From the NCBI GenBank assembly GCA_965203805.1, contig OZ241917.1, forward strand, positions 2,464,001-2,528,000: a stretch of 64,000 bases of DNA, read 5' to 3'. Below, one piece after another: positions 9,260 to 20,959 of this stretch. Under the pieces are notes generated by a model. The model saw only the letters and a list, made by a program, of their open reading frames with translations. It did no database searches and was not told the DNA's origin. Position 1 is the first letter of the stretch. Every line of letters starts with the position of its first letter. Source of the stretch: Candidatus Latescibacterota bacterium. Lineage in GTDB: Bacteria; Latescibacterota; UBA2968; GCA-2709665. The position numbers and the translations under genes are program-made.

Positions 9260-11710
9260 ATGAGGACCTTCCGGGAACAAAGCCGGCTCATCGGCGCCCT
9301 CGTTTTTCTCATCACGTGTTTCGTCTACGTCCGAACCGTTGCGCCCACGGTCACCTTCTGGGACACCGGCGAGTTCATCGCCGCCTCGTATATCCTTGGC
9401 GTCCCCCACCCGCCCGGCGCGCCCTTTCATACCCTCCTGGGCCGGATTTTCACGCTCTTCGCGGATCCCGACAGCGTTGCATTCAGCGTCAACCTGATAT
9501 CCGTCATTGCGGGCGCCGCCACGGCGCTCCTGCTCTTCCTGTGCAGCATCCGTCTGCTCACGCGGTGGCTGAGACCCGACCGTAGTTCCGACCGCATCGC
9601 CATTCTGACCGGCGGCGCGGTCGCCGCATTATCCGCGGCATTCTCGACCTCCTTCTGGGCAAATGCCACCGAGGCGGAAGTCTACGCGCTGTCCATGCTC
9701 TTCACCGTCCTGGCGTTCTACCTGGCCCTGCGATGGGACGGCGCGCCCGAGGACAGGAATCGCGACCGCCTGCTGATTTTCATCGTCTACCTGTTCTTTC
9801 TCGGCGCGGGCGTGCATCTGCAATGCCTGCTCACCGTGCCCGGAATCCTCATCCTGGTCTTTTCCGACCTGCTCAAGGGTCGTTCCACGTCCACACAGGC
9901 AGCCGTCGTTATCGGGCTGACGGTATTTCCTTTTCTGTGCATCGTCTCTCTCGATCAGAAAATCGCCGTCGGCCTGGTCGTCGGCCTGGTACTGGCCGTG
10001 CTCGCGGGTCTCCTGATCCTGCGTCCTGCCTGGCGCCGCCCCGCGTTCTGGCTGTGCGCCATGGGGATGATCGCCCTCGGATATTCCACGTACGTCATGC
10101 TCTACGTCCGGTCGGGTCTGGATCCCTTCATCGATATGAACAATCCGGAGACCTACGAGAATTTCAAGGCCTTCCTCACCCGCCAGCAATACGGCGTCCA
10201 TTCCATCTTTCCCCGCAGGGGTGATTTCTGGGACTATCAGTTCAACATCCACGTCAAGTATTTTCTCCAGCAATTCCCGTTTTACGATCAGGGGCTGGTC
10301 GGCCGCTTCTTCTCGGAAACACTGCCCGGGTTCACGGAACGTCTTGCCATCGGCGAGATGCTGTCCGGGACGTTCCGGCGCGCCGTGGCCAACATGGACG
10401 GCAACCGGGAGACGATCGCGTATTCGGTGGTCCCGATTCTCCTGGGCGTCGGCGGGGCCGTCAGCCACTTCCGCAGAGACTGGAAACGTTTTGCCAGCGT
10501 GTTCGCCATGTTTCTGCTCATGGGGATTGGCCTGGTCCTATACCTCAATATGCCCGACCCCGAACCCCGCGAGCGGGAGTATATCTTCGTCGGCGCCTAC
10601 ACGTTCTTCGGCCTCTGGATCGGCGGCGGCGCCGCTGCCCTCATCAGCTGGGCGGCGCGCGGGCGTGCCGCGGTTCCGGCAGCCGCGCTCGTGGCGGCCC
10701 TTTGTCTCGTCGTTCCGATCGGGCTTCTGCAGAACAATTACTTCGAACGCGACCGCAGCGGGGATTTCATCGCACACGACTACGCCCGGAACATCCTGAG
10801 TTCCTGCGAACCCGACGCCATCCTCTTCACCAACGGAGACAACGACACCTATCCGCTGTGGTTTGTCCAGTACGTCACGGGTTATCGCCGGGACGTCCGG
10901 GTGGTCAACCTCAGCCTGCTCAAAACGCCCTGGTACGTCAAACAGCTGCGCGATCTCCAACCGACCCTTCCCATTTCGATGACGAATGCAATTATCGACG
11001 GGCATGTGATCGCCCGCCCCTGGCCGGACCGGTTCGACTTCCAGCTCGCCGACAGCACGATTATCGTCAAGGCCGACGACATCCCCCTCACGGAATATTC
11101 AGTCGGCAACCGACGCATGGACATCCTGGAATCTCATACCTACATGATCTGGTACCTGGTTGAGCACGTTGACTGGCAGCGGCCGATATATTTCGCGGTT
11201 ACGGTCCCCGAACGCAACATGGGCGGTCTAAGGTCGTATCTCTCAATGGAAGGCATGGTATACCGACTCGTCCGGCAGCGGGCGCCGGGCCAATTCGACG
11301 CCGAATCGACCTCCAGGCATCTGCTCGAGAATTACCGTTATACCGGAATCGCGGACGCCACCGTCTACAAAGACCCGGTCGCCCGGCGGCTCATCAGCAA
11401 TTACCTGGTCATCTTCGAAGGCCTGGTGCGAGCGATGCATCTCGAGGAACGTCCGTCCGAAGCCCTCCGGATCATCAAGGTCGCGGAAACCACCATCCCT
11501 CCCGAATCGGTGGGGTCGTCCGTGTGGTACTCATTGATGCACACCAGTTACCGGCAGCTTGCCGTCAGCTATCTCCGCGCGGGAAAAAGAGACAGCGCGG
11601 CCCTCTGCCTCGAGAAACTGATCCGCGTCACTCCGCATGAGGAAGAACGAAAACGCCTTCGTTTGGATCTTGAGTCCCTGACGACCCCTTCCGAAACGCA
11701 CGGCAGATAA
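9260..11710 (+). CDS. DUF2723 / TMEM260-like GT-C membrane glycosyltransferase (putative protein O-mannosyltransferase)
   Basis: PTVTFWDTGEFIA...HPPGAP, EAEVY, RERxY, GDNDTYPLW; many TM segments; TPR-like C-terminus. Confidence 0.9.
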   Translation: MRTFREQSRLIGALVFLITCFVYVRTVAPTVTFWDTGEFIAASYILGVPHPPGAPFHTLLGRIFTLFADPDSVAFSVNLISVIAGAATALLLFLCSIRLLTRWLRPDRSSDRIAILTGGAVAALSAAFSTSFWANATEAEVYALSMLFTVLAFYLALRWDGAPEDRNRDRLLIFIVYLFFLGAGVHLQCLLTVPGILILVFSDLLKGRSTSTQAAVVIGLTVFPFLCIVSLDQKIAVGLVVGLVLAVLAGLLILRPAWRRPAFWLCAMGMIALGYSTYVMLYVRSGLDPFIDMNNPETYENFKAFLTRQQYGVHSIFPRRGDFWDYQFNIHVKYFLQQFPFYDQGLVGRFFSETLPGFTERLAIGEMLSGTFRRAVANMDGNRETIAYSVVPILLGVGGAVSHFRRDWKRFASVFAMFLLMGIGLVLYLNMPDPEPREREYIFVGAYTFFGLWIGGGAAALISWAARGRAAVPAAALVAALCLVVPIGLLQNNYFERDRSGDFIAHDYARNILSSCEPDAILFTNGDNDTYPLWFVQYVTGYRRDVRVVNLSLLKTPWYVKQLRDLQPTLPISMTNAIIDGHVIARPWPDRFDFQLADSTIIVKADDIPLTEYSVGNRRMDILESHTYMIWYLVEHVDWQRPIYFAVTVPERNMGGLRSYLSMEGMVYRLVRQRAPGQFDAESTSRHLLENYRYTGIADATVYKDPVARRLISNYLVIFEGLVRAMHLEERPSEALRIIKVAETTIPPESVGSSVWYSLMHTSYRQLAVSYLRAGKRDSAALCLEKLIRVTPHEEERKRLRLDLESLTTPSETHGR

Positions 11711-11752
11711 CCGAAGCGTCCACGTCGCAATCCGGCGGGCCGGCAACGCGTC

Positions 11753-12433
11753 CTATTTCAGCTTGAATCGTCGCGTGTGCCTGCGCATCAGGAGGTAACC
11801 CGCAACGAACCCGCCGATATGGGCATACCACGCAACGCCGCCTCCCACGCCGCCCGAATCGGCCGAAGCGTTCACCAGTTGGATGATGAACCAGACGCCC
11901 AGAACCAGCAGCGCGGGCACCCGCACGATCTGGATGAAGAACAGCAGGAAGACGAAAACATGCACCCGGGCGCCCGGGAATCGCGCCAGATAGCCACCGA
12001 GGATTCCCGCGATCGCGCCGCTGGCGCCCACCATGGGGATCGTGGAGTCAGGGTCCGAGAGCACGTGGCCCAGTGAGGCCGCCACGCCGCAGAAAACGTA
12101 AAAAAACAGAAACCTCAGCCGTCCCAGCGTGTCTTCGACGTTGTTCCCGAATATCCACAGATAAAGCATGTTGCCGCCCAGATGCATCCAGCCGCCGTGC
12201 ATGAACATCGCCGTCAGGAACGTGAGGTAGAGCGGGATCGGCGTTGGCGATATGGCGTCCACGCCATGGGTGACTTCGAAGGGTATCAGACCCATCCGCA
12301 GCGTAAATACGTCGAAACCAACCGATCCCAGGGCGATAGAATAAAAGAAAACGCCCACGTTCAGCAGCAGGATGCTCACCGTGAGAACGGGGGCGCGGCG
12401 GGTCGGATTGTCATCTTTAATGGGCAGTATCAT
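11753..12433 (-). CDS. Rhomboid family intramembrane serine protease
   Basis: HGGWMHLGGNMLYLWIFG, GASG, AHIGG. Confidence 0.95.
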   Translation of the reverse strand: MILPIKDDNPTRRAPVLTVSILLLNVGVFFYSIALGSVGFDVFTLRMGLIPFEVTHGVDAISPTPIPLYLTFLTAMFMHGGWMHLGGNMLYLWIFGNNVEDTLGRLRFLFFYVFCGVAASLGHVLSDPDSTIPMVGASGAIAGILGGYLARFPGARVHVFVFLLFFIQIVRVPALLVLGVWFIIQLVNASADSGGVGGGVAWYAHIGGFVAGYLLMRRHTRRFKLK

Positions 12434-12437
12434 CTGC

Positions 12438-14717
12438 TTATCGTACCGTGAACGAACGCACCGCGCGGCCGCGGTTTCCGCAGGCGTCCGATACCGCCAC
12501 TTCCAACTTGTGGATTCCGGGCGGGAGCGGCTGCCTGGGCCGGGCTTTCACCAGACCCGTTTCGGGATCGTATTCCGCGATCAGGCGTTTTCCATCCAGC
12601 CGCACCAGGATATCCCTTTCCCGCCGGATGCCCGATCCCGAGTCGCCGATCCTGGCGACAAGCACGGGCCGTCTGTCGGCAACCTTTGCGCCCCGTACCG
12701 GCCGCCGTATTCTCACCCGGGGAGGGGTCTCGTCCAGCAACAACGCATAGGTTGAAAAACTCGCAACCTCGGCGGCCACGGCGTCGCGCCCCCGAACCGC
12801 ACGGTTGCCCACAAATGCCCAGGCGCCCTTGCCGGTTAACCGGTAGATGCCCAACCGCTCCGGCCGGTTGAAGTCTGACGGGTATCGCAGTAGAATTTCG
12901 GCCTTGCGACGGAATGGCACATCCTCAGGCCCGAACCGGTATCGGGATCCAACCAGCGGCAGTCGTTTTAAACCTTTTCCGGGAGTTGCCGCGATTCGCC
13001 CGAAGAAGGGCCGGTAGACTTCGCCGGCGTCGAAGCGGGCTTCCGCCATGCCGTCCGCCGAACGAACGACCCCGCCCGACCGGCGCACCGGCGTCTGCAT
13101 CAGGCGTACGGTGCGACGACCCGGACTTCCCTTCAGATCGACCGCGGTCAGGACCGCCTCAACCCGGCCGTCGACCGCAGGGTCGAAGCGCACCACGCAC
13201 TCGTAGCGGTGCAGACTCCGCTGAAGAACCTCCGGTGTGGTTTCCCTTCTCGAGGACCAACGCAGGGTAACCCCGGGGGCAGACGACAAGAGCCGCTTCG
13301 AGACGATTTTCAACACCGCAAATTGGGGATAATAGCGTACGGTGCATTTCAACAGGTCGTCCTTCGCCGCGCGGTTCGTCGTTGCAACAGGCGCACAGAC
13401 GCGAAAGCCTTCCGCCTCCAGCCGGTCCCGGGCGCGCACCCTGTAGACCGCATCGGGGGTGTGGTTGAATTCCACGTCGATCCTGCCGAGGGTGTCCGCG
13501 TCGACCCTGCGTACGCGACCCCAGGATCGTCCGGCATCTACAGAACGCTCCACAACGACCGACTTCAGATTCCCGTCCCGCACCCGCGCCCGCGCCCGGA
13601 CGGAACGGCCGTTCAAATCCGCGCGGGCCTCCAGCACACGGGGAACCGAGTTCACGATAACGTCGAGGTCGACGCGGGAGCGGTTCCCGGCCACGTCTTC
13701 AACCACCACCCGGATGCGGTTCCTGCCCGGGTCCAGCGCAACGCCGCGACCGGTGGGCGGGATCCCCGCATACAGGACGCCGTCTCCCACCTTGAACCTC
13801 CCGTACATGGGAAGCTGATTGCCGTCGGAACGGTACAGGTTGTGATACAGGCCGGCGCCGCGCTTTTTCAGGGCAAAGTTGCGATCCAGTTCGACCTGGT
13901 TGACCTGATTGTACGCGAAAATCGTGTACCGGGTCTCGAAGACCTCGCGGTCGTTTATGAACAGTCTCAAACGATACGGAGAGAAGCGGTTGCTAAGCAC
14001 CGTGGCGTCGGCCTGATCGTACGTCTTCACACCCACGCCGATGCGCCCGTCGATCATGGGCGCCCTCCGCGCGACGTAGCGTTTCAGCTTGGGGCGCCAC
14101 CGCACGCCGATCGTGACGGGGTCCAGTCCATCCGAGACCCGGGAATCCGCGTCCATCGGGATCAGAGCCAGGGACTGTATGGTAGGCGCAATGGTGTCCT
14201 TTACATCGAAGCCGTGAAGCAACCCGTTGATCGGACGCTGATGCTTATCGCGTATTTCAAAATGCAAATGCGGTACGCCGCTGCCGGTACTGCCGGAGTA
14301 TCCGAGCGTCTCCCCGCGTTTGACTCGGATCTGGTTCGGCTTAAAGAAAAGATTAACGCTGTAAAATCCCCGCCGGGCCTGTTCGGCCTCGACGTGGGTC
14401 TGAACCGCGGGGGCAAAAGCCGAAAGGTGTGCATAGACCGCCGTTCGACCGTCCTGCAACCTGATGTAGATCACCTTTCCATACCCCCAGGGCGAGGTCC
14501 GCACGCGCCAGACGTACCCATCGTCAACCGCCAGCACCGGGTATCCTTCCTTTCCCCACGTCTTGAAATCCAGCCCCGCGTGGAAGCGCCGGGGCCGATA
14601 TTCTCCAAAGGAAGAGTTGAGCGCGGGCGGCGCCGCCATCGGCCAATGGTAATCTCCGGCTTCCACGATGCCGGAATTCACCAGGCAAAGATACCATATC
14701 AACGGAATCGCGCGCAT
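12438..14717 (-). CDS. M23 family metallopeptidase with C-terminal Ig-like domains (alternative start 14738)
   Basis: Signal peptide; [22 protein letters not shown]. Confidence 0.9.
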   Translation of the reverse strand: MRAIPLIWYLCLVNSGIVEAGDYHWPMAAPPALNSSFGEYRPRRFHAGLDFKTWGKEGYPVLAVDDGYVWRVRTSPWGYGKVIYIRLQDGRTAVYAHLSAFAPAVQTHVEAEQARRGFYSVNLFFKPNQIRVKRGETLGYSGSTGSGVPHLHFEIRDKHQRPINGLLHGFDVKDTIAPTIQSLALIPMDADSRVSDGLDPVTIGVRWRPKLKRYVARRAPMIDGRIGVGVKTYDQADATVLSNRFSPYRLRLFINDREVFETRYTIFAYNQVNQVELDRNFALKKRGAGLYHNLYRSDGNQLPMYGRFKVGDGVLYAGIPPTGRGVALDPGRNRIRVVVEDVAGNRSRVDLDVIVNSVPRVLEARADLNGRSVRARARVRDGNLKSVVVERSVDAGRSWGRVRRVDADTLGRIDVEFNHTPDAVYRVRARDRLEAEGFRVCAPVATTNRAAKDDLLKCTVRYYPQFAVLKIVSKRLLSSAPGVTLRWSSRRETTPEVLQRSLHRYECVVRFDPAVDGRVEAVLTAVDLKGSPGRRTVRLMQTPVRRSGGVVRSADGMAEARFDAGEVYRPFFGRIAATPGKGLKRLPLVGSRYRFGPEDVPFRRKAEILLRYPSDFNRPERLGIYRLTGKGAWAFVGNRAVRGRDAVAAEVASFSTYALLLDETPPRVRIRRPVRGAKVADRRPVLVARIGDSGSGIRRERDILVRLDGKRLIAEYDPETGLVKARPRQPLPPGIHKLEVAVSDACGNRGRAVRSFTVR

Positions 14718-14779
14718 CGTGATCGGACCTCCCCTCACGATGGTTTCAATGGTTGTTCTTCACGGACGACTTGCGCCTG

Positions 14780-14808
14780 AGTATAGGTATTTTGCCCCAC
14801 GGGGTCAA
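14780..14808 (-). promoter_or_regulatory. Putative sigma70 promoter for the M23-rhomboid operon
   Basis: Minus strand TTGACC-N17-TATACT. Confidence 0.7.
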
Positions 14809-14843
14809 GCACGCGGCGGGGATTTTCAGTCGGTAAAAAAAAC

Positions 14844-14870
14844 TTGCCTGCAAACCCGCCTTCCTATAAT
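14844..14870 (+). promoter_or_regulatory. Possible divergent promoter for the PPIase gene
   Basis: TTGCCT-N15-TATAAT (perfect -10, short spacer). Confidence 0.45.
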
Positions 14871-14985
14871 TTATTGCGTTGTAATGAGAACTCATGGCCG
14901 GAAACCTCACCTCCGGCCAATTGCCCCGGGCAGTTGCCGCCCATTCGCGCCGCCTCTCTTTCATCCACCGGAGGGTGTTCATCCC

Positions 14986-16806
14986 ATGCTCAAAAACCTG
15001 CGCAACGTGGTCCTGATCAAAGCCATGATGTGGATCGTTGCCATTTCCTTCGTGGCGCTGATGGTCTTCGACTGGGGCGCCGGCGGAATGACCTGTGCCG
15101 GTCCCGGAGATACGGTGGGTGTCATCAACGGTCAGAAAATCAGCCACCAGCAATTCGTCGAAGCACTCCGCGACGCCTCGAGACAGGCCAAGGCCCGCAA
15201 CAATGCCGAACCGGAAGAGAGCCAGCTTATCAGTCAGATCTGGGACCAGATGGTCGCCCAGATTCTTTACGCCCAGCAAATCGAAGCCCATGAAATCGCA
15301 GTCTCCGATGCCGAAGTCAACTTCATCAACCGGAATCAGCCGGTCGAATGGGTGCAGAACCAGGAGGTCTTTCAGACCGACGGCAACTTTGATCCTGAGA
15401 AATACGGCAGGTTCCTGGACGACCCCGGCACGTACTCAAGCCCGGAGAGAAACCAGTTCGTACTCAGCGCCGAATACGCTGTCCGTCAGGCGGTGTTGAT
15501 CAGCAAGCTCCAGGAGATGGTCGCAGGCGGGGTGAGGGTCACCTCGGCGGAGGTGCGGGAAGCATTCCTGCGGCAGAAAGAGAAAGTTCGCGTGGCCTAC
15601 GCGGCCATCGAGGCGTATTCCATCGCCGATTCACTGGCTTCCGTATCGGACGAGCAGATCCAGGCCTATTACAGCGGCCACCCGGATGAATTCCATCGCG
15701 AAGCGGCCGTCAATGCCTCGTTCGTTGCCTTCGAAAAGAAGCCTTCCGCGGCCGATGAAGCCGATGCAGAGGCCGAAATCCGCGACCTGCTCGCCGAAGT
15801 CCGCGCCGGTGGAGAATTCGCCGCGCTGGCCCGGAGCCATTCTGAAGACCCCGGCAGCGCGGAACGCGGCGGCGATCTGGGTTTCTTCGGACGCGGAAGG
15901 ATGGTCAAGCCCTTCGAGGAGGCGGCCTTTGCTCTCGAACCCGGCGCAATCTCGGAACCCGTACGTTCCCAGTTCGGATGGCATATCCTCAAGGTCGAGG
16001 AACGGAAAGGCGAGGGTGACGGGCTTGAGGTCCGCGCCAGGCACATCCTGCTGAAAATCCGGCCGGGCAGGGACACGCTGGACAGCCTCCGTCTCGAATC
16101 CGAACGCTTCCAGGAGCGTGCGGACGAAGCCGACTTCCTGACAGCCGTGGCGGAACAGGGCCTGCAGGCAAAAGAAACCGGTTTCATCACCGCCGGAGGC
16201 TACTTCCCCCTTCTGGGCAATCGGACGTCCGGGCTGGTCAATTCCTTTCTCAGCGCTTCACCGGGCAGGGTTTCCCCCCCGTACGAAACCGAACAGGGCA
16301 TTTATGTCTTCGTCCTGCTCGCCCGGCGGGAAGCCGGGCCGCAGCCGTTGGACGAGGTCTACAATCGCATTGCGACCAAGCTGAAGACAACGGAAAAGGT
16401 CAACGTTGCATCCACGCGCATGGCCCCCTTGCTCGAGGACGTCAGGTCGGGCAGAAGCCTGGAGGACGCGGCGCATAGTCGCGATATTCGCTTTGCCGAG
16501 TCCAAGCCCTTCAGCCGGGACGACTTCGTGCAGGGCGTCGGACGCAGGAACGCGTTTACGGGCGCGGCTTTCCGGCTGGAAACAGGAACCACCAGCGGCG
16601 TCGTCGCCACGGACCGGGGCGCATACGTGCTGCAGTTGTTGGAAAAAGAGCCGATTGACGAAGTTGAATTCAAGGCGGAAGTGCCGAAACTGGTCGAACG
16701 CCTGCGTGCGGAAAAACAGAACGAAGTCCTGGCAGCCTGGTTCAGCGACCTCAAAGAGCAGGCGGAAATCATCGACAATCGGCATCTCTTCTACTCGAAT
16801 TTCTGA
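14986..16806 (+). CDS. ppiD: PpiD/SurA-like membrane-anchored parvulin peptidyl-prolyl isomerase
   Basis: GGAGG RBS before ATG 14986; N-terminal TM; SurA-N-like region; [42 protein letters not shown]. Confidence 0.9.
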   Translation: MLKNLRNVVLIKAMMWIVAISFVALMVFDWGAGGMTCAGPGDTVGVINGQKISHQQFVEALRDASRQAKARNNAEPEESQLISQIWDQMVAQILYAQQIEAHEIAVSDAEVNFINRNQPVEWVQNQEVFQTDGNFDPEKYGRFLDDPGTYSSPERNQFVLSAEYAVRQAVLISKLQEMVAGGVRVTSAEVREAFLRQKEKVRVAYAAIEAYSIADSLASVSDEQIQAYYSGHPDEFHREAAVNASFVAFEKKPSAADEADAEAEIRDLLAEVRAGGEFAALARSHSEDPGSAERGGDLGFFGRGRMVKPFEEAAFALEPGAISEPVRSQFGWHILKVEERKGEGDGLEVRARHILLKIRPGRDTLDSLRLESERFQERADEADFLTAVAEQGLQAKETGFITAGGYFPLLGNRTSGLVNSFLSASPGRVSPPYETEQGIYVFVLLARREAGPQPLDEVYNRIATKLKTTEKVNVASTRMAPLLEDVRSGRSLEDAAHSRDIRFAESKPFSRDDFVQGVGRRNAFTGAAFRLETGTTSGVVATDRGAYVLQLLEKEPIDEVEFKAEVPKLVERLRAEKQNEVLAAWFSDLKEQAEIIDNRHLFYSNF

Positions 16807-16867
16807 TTGGAGCACGGGCGAGCCCGCGCGCTCCTTATCCGTCGTCTCACTGTACAGGACGCCTCGC

Positions 16868-17566
16868 GTGGCCATAATTACCGTCTCACGTCAGCTCGGG
16901 AGTATCGGAGATCTGGTCGCTCACCGGGCATCGGAAGTTCTCGGTTACGACTTCGTGGACAAGAACATCATCACCGAAGTCGCGAGAGAAGCCAATGTGC
17001 CCGAATCCGAAGTCGAAAAATTCGACGAGCGGACGCAGAGCGCGGTAAAGCGATTCATCCACAGCCTGATCGTGCCTTCCCGGTCCGTTCCGACACCGCC
17101 GGCGATGCTCTGGGGGCTGGAGTTTCCCTACGAAGTGTCGGCCGCGCTCCTGTCCAGTGACGCGACAACCAACGAGGAAAAACACCTACTGGACCAGCGG
17201 GACTATCTCAGGTTTCTTCAGGCCACGGTCCATCGTCTTCGCAAACGCGACAGGGTCATCATCGTGGGTCGAGGGGGCCAGGCCATCCTCAGGGATGATC
17301 CCAACACGCTGCATGTCCGCACCGTAGCCCCCCTTGAGAAACGCATCAGGGTCGTCGTGGAACGCCAGAACCTGCGAAGCGGCAAAGAGGCCAGAGAACT
17401 GATTCAGAAGAGCGACAGGCGTCGGTCCGCCTATCTCAAGGACAACTACCATATCAACTGGGACGATCCCGGCCTGTACCATGTCATTCTGAATACGGGA
17501 CGGGCCTCCCTCGAGTCCGCCGCCCGTACCATCCAGCATGCCGCAGGCGTACTCGGTCTTGCCTGA
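16868..17566 (+). CDS. Cytidylate kinase-like family protein
   Basis: IITVSRQLGSIG, IIVGRGG, DxxRxxY..W.DP.LYHVILNT; start re-assigned to GTG 16868. Confidence 0.88.
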   Translation: MAIITVSRQLGSIGDLVAHRASEVLGYDFVDKNIITEVAREANVPESEVEKFDERTQSAVKRFIHSLIVPSRSVPTPPAMLWGLEFPYEVSAALLSSDATTNEEKHLLDQRDYLRFLQATVHRLRKRDRVIIVGRGGQAILRDDPNTLHVRTVAPLEKRIRVVVERQNLRSGKEARELIQKSDRRRSAYLKDNYHINWDDPGLYHVILNTGRASLESAARTIQHAAGVLGLA

Positions 17567-17678
17567 GTTCGCCTGCGGACGTTCCGTTCCGCCGGTTACC
17601 GCAAGCGCTTCCGCCAGAACCACACGCTCACCGCAGCCAATCCCAGTCCACCACACCAACGGCGCGAGGGTTCGGATC

Positions 17679-19787
17679 ATGCCACCTGAAATCAGCCGCT
17701 CAAGAATGCGTTCCATTGCGAACAAGGACCTCTTCGCGGCGATTCGCCTGAAAGGGGCGGGCCTGAAACACCTCCGCAAAGCGGTGAAGGCCGGAAAGTG
17801 GAACAAAGCGGCCGCCGCGTGGGGCGATTACTTTTCCGCGCGGCAGGAACCCCTCAATATGGTCGCGCCCACGGGCGATACCCCCGATCCGGGATCGATT
17901 CGGGAGGCTGAACGCGTCGTCGCTCACGAAATCCGGGGCTGGCACGACCTGACCTACAAGTTTGGGAAAAAGGTCGACTTCAATGCAAATTGGGGACGGT
18001 CGGGCATCTATGGCACCCATTACTGGGGGTGGTCCGAATGCCTTCGGGTCGCTTACGGGCAGACGGGCGACCCCCGCTACGTGGAATGTTTCGACGATCT
18101 GTTCAATCAGTGGTACGAGCAACGCAACGGCATAGACAACCCCGCCGGACACGACGTCATTTTCTACGAACTCGGCCTGGGCGGGCGCACGCCGCGGTTT
18201 ATCGATCACTACTTTGCGTATCGGTCCACCGGCATCCTGCGGCCGATCACCCACAGACGCCTGCTGAAGACCATTCTGGGGGCCGGGCGGTGGCTCTATC
18301 TGCTCGAAAAGGATGACGGCTATCGCAGCGGGAACTGGCAGATGTGCGGCTCGTGGGCGCTGGTTTACGCGGGGGGCCTCTTCCCCGAATTCAGGGAGGC
18401 GGAAAACTGGGTAAAGATCGGCGTGGAACGCCTGCTCGAACACGTCGACAGGGATTTTTATGCCGATGGCTGCCACCACGAACGCGCTTCCGGCTACGGG
18501 GCGTGGTGTACCCGCATCAGCGAGGATCTCCTGGCATTCTCGGAGCAGAATCCTGCCATCGAAATCGAGCCTGACCTGCGTAAAGCCATCATACGGATGT
18601 ACGACTGGTTCCTGGCCACCACGACCCCGCTGGGCGAATCCCAGGGATTCAACGACGGCGGGATCGGTCCTCAGGACGGCATCTTGCGGCGCGCCACCGA
18701 AGTTACCGGGGACGGCCGATACCTCTGGCCGGTGCGCGACAGGATCAAATCGGTCTCCGGAGTCCGTCCGAAGAAACCCGATTATACCTCCATAGACAAA
18801 CGCCCTTCCGGCTTTGCCGTCATGCGTTCGGACTGGGATACGGATGCCCGTTATCTTCTCATCAATTACGGCCCGTGGGGGGGCGGCCATACCCACAACG
18901 ACCTGCTCGACTTCACGATCTACGCCCATGGCGCGCCCGTGGCCGTAGAGACAACCCGGTGGGGACCCTACGACAACCCGCTCGATCAGTTTTTTCGTTC
19001 TCCCCAGGCCCACAACCAGGTCGTGGTCAACGACGCGCCGATGGATCGGGTCCATCACCGCGGAGAGGACGCCGCCTGGGCGACCGGAAAGCACATTGAC
19101 CATTTTTCCGCATCCCACCGCGCCTACGAACAGCAGTACGGCACCCGCGTACAGCGACGGATCACGTTTCTGAAACCGGACTGTTTCCTCGTTTCCGATG
19201 CCGTCTTCGAAGGTCCCCAGCATCACGCCTACACCTGGTACCTGCATGCCCCAAACCGGTGGAAGGGAACCCGGAGCCGTCTGCTCACCGCCGGCCGCCC
19301 GGGATTGCAGGCCGTACCCGCAAAACCTTCGGAGATCCATTACGTCCGCCGCGGGACTTCCTACGAAGCAAAGGACGGTACACCAGGCAACTATCCAAAC
19401 CGGTACTGGGTCGGTCTGCAGAAATGGGTCAGGGGGGAGGGTGCGAACGCCGTTGTGTACGACGTTGCCCTGGTTCCATTCAAGACCGGGCCGGAACAGG
19501 TCAGAGTGACCCGGCGCACGGCCGGAATCGACGGAAAACCCTGCCGCCCTGAAATCGCCCGCGGCGTCCGGGTCCGGCGCGGCGACAGCACCGATCTTGT
19601 CGTTTACGGCGTGGACGGCAAGACCACGGAATGCGACGGTCTAACCTTCACCGGTACGCTCTGTGTTCTCACCTTTCACGATGAGCGACCCGTCCGCGCC
19701 TCGGTACTCGACGGCGGCGACGTCGCCTACAACGGAACGCCTCTGATTCGCACGAACCGGGCCGGACTCACGGAGCGCAACCTGTAG
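17679..19787 (+). CDS. Heparinase II/III-like (polysaccharide lyase fold) protein
   Basis: GNWQ, DGCHHERASGY, GHTHNDLL, AHNQVVVN motifs; no clear signal peptide. Confidence 0.85.
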   Translation: MPPEISRSRMRSIANKDLFAAIRLKGAGLKHLRKAVKAGKWNKAAAAWGDYFSARQEPLNMVAPTGDTPDPGSIREAERVVAHEIRGWHDLTYKFGKKVDFNANWGRSGIYGTHYWGWSECLRVAYGQTGDPRYVECFDDLFNQWYEQRNGIDNPAGHDVIFYELGLGGRTPRFIDHYFAYRSTGILRPITHRRLLKTILGAGRWLYLLEKDDGYRSGNWQMCGSWALVYAGGLFPEFREAENWVKIGVERLLEHVDRDFYADGCHHERASGYGAWCTRISEDLLAFSEQNPAIEIEPDLRKAIIRMYDWFLATTTPLGESQGFNDGGIGPQDGILRRATEVTGDGRYLWPVRDRIKSVSGVRPKKPDYTSIDKRPSGFAVMRSDWDTDARYLLINYGPWGGGHTHNDLLDFTIYAHGAPVAVETTRWGPYDNPLDQFFRSPQAHNQVVVNDAPMDRVHHRGEDAAWATGKHIDHFSASHRAYEQQYGTRVQRRITFLKPDCFLVSDAVFEGPQHHAYTWYLHAPNRWKGTRSRLLTAGRPGLQAVPAKPSEIHYVRRGTSYEAKDGTPGNYPNRYWVGLQKWVRGEGANAVVYDVALVPFKTGPEQVRVTRRTAGIDGKPCRPEIARGVRVRRGDSTDLVVYGVDGKTTECDGLTFTGTLCVLTFHDERPVRASVLDGGDVAYNGTPLIRTNRAGLTERNL

Positions 19788-19861
19788 CCGGCATCCGGAA
19801 CCGCAATGCGAACCGGAGACGGCCGAATTCGGGCGACTTACCTCCGGGACGGAACACTCCC

Positions 19862-20872
19862 ATGGTCAGACTGGTCCAGCTGATCCACCCCGAAGCGGGG
19901 CGGCGCATTGCAACGGTCGACGGCGACCGTTGCCGGCTGATTGACGGATACACGTCGGTTCACGGCATCGCGAGCTTCGTGCTGCAGTCCGGTAACGCCC
20001 TGTCCGCGGAAGTCGAAGCGCAGCTTGGAACCGAGTTCCAGGACTACGACGCCATCTACCGCGGCCGGTCCGAATGGAAGCTTTTGCCCGCATACGATCA
20101 CCCCGGCGAGCCGTCCCGCTGTCTCGTGGCCGGCACCGGGCTGACCCACCGGGCCAGCGTTGACAACCGGCAGGCGATGCACAAACAGGACGGCGCCGGT
20201 GAGACGCAGATCACAGACAGCATGCGAATGTACCAATGGGGTCTGCGAGGAGGCAGGCCGGAGCCCGGTAACGTCGGCGTACCGCCGGAGTGGTTCTACA
20301 AAGGCAACGGCGCCATCCTTCGCGCGCACGGGGATCCGCTGGACGTTCCGGCGTTCGCGGGCGACGGCGGCGAAGAACCCGAAATCGCCGGGGCATACAT
20401 TATCGATCCTGAAGGCAATCCCAGGCGAATCGGCATGGCCGCCGGCAACGAGTTCTCCGACCACGTAACGGAAAAGAAAAACTACCTCTATCTGGCGCCC
20501 TCGAAACTCCGCACCTGCTCATTCGGGCCGGAACTCATCCTCGACCCCGATTTTGAGGACGTGGCCGGAAGCGTCGCGGTCGAACGAAACGGGCGCACCA
20601 TCTGGTCCGGAACCATCGCCACCGGCGAAGCGAACATGGCGCACAGTCTGGCCAACCTGGAACACCACCATTTCAAGTACCCGCAGCACCGCCGTCCCGA
20701 CGACGCGCACATCTTCTTCTTCGGCGCGGATGCGTTCAGTTTCGGCGCCGGCGTCACCCTGGCGGACGGAGACACCATGAGCGTCTCCTGGAACGGTTTC
20801 GGCAGACCCCTGAAGAATCCGCTCCGGATCGATGAAGATGAGGAAGCCCTGATCCGGATCGATCCACTGTAA
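19862..20872 (+). CDS. araD1: AraD1/GguC-like fumarylacetoacetate-hydrolase superfamily protein
   Basis: GTGLTH, TDSMRM, PEWFYKGNG, DGGEEPEIAG, NEFSDH, NYLYLA.SKLR, NLEHHHFKY. Confidence 0.9.
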   Translation: MVRLVQLIHPEAGRRIATVDGDRCRLIDGYTSVHGIASFVLQSGNALSAEVEAQLGTEFQDYDAIYRGRSEWKLLPAYDHPGEPSRCLVAGTGLTHRASVDNRQAMHKQDGAGETQITDSMRMYQWGLRGGRPEPGNVGVPPEWFYKGNGAILRAHGDPLDVPAFAGDGGEEPEIAGAYIIDPEGNPRRIGMAAGNEFSDHVTEKKNYLYLAPSKLRTCSFGPELILDPDFEDVAGSVAVERNGRTIWSGTIATGEANMAHSLANLEHHHFKYPQHRRPDDAHIFFFGADAFSFGAGVTLADGDTMSVSWNGFGRPLKNPLRIDEDEEALIRIDPL

Positions 20873-20959
20873 CCGCGGAAGGCGCTGCGTCGCATCTCCG
20901 AGGCGCCGGGCTCGCGGGCACAACTGCGATACCTCTCCCTCATTGAAGGACATTGCCAG

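Noticed and set aside
13209-14780. Long antisense or alternate-frame ORFs (also 17700-19340, 30000-31436, 31076-32707, 32347-34455, 35005-36543, 54358-55938, 62251-63948)
   Set aside because: They lie opposite well-supported genes and have no recognisable motifs; they are expected shadows of high-GC codon bias.
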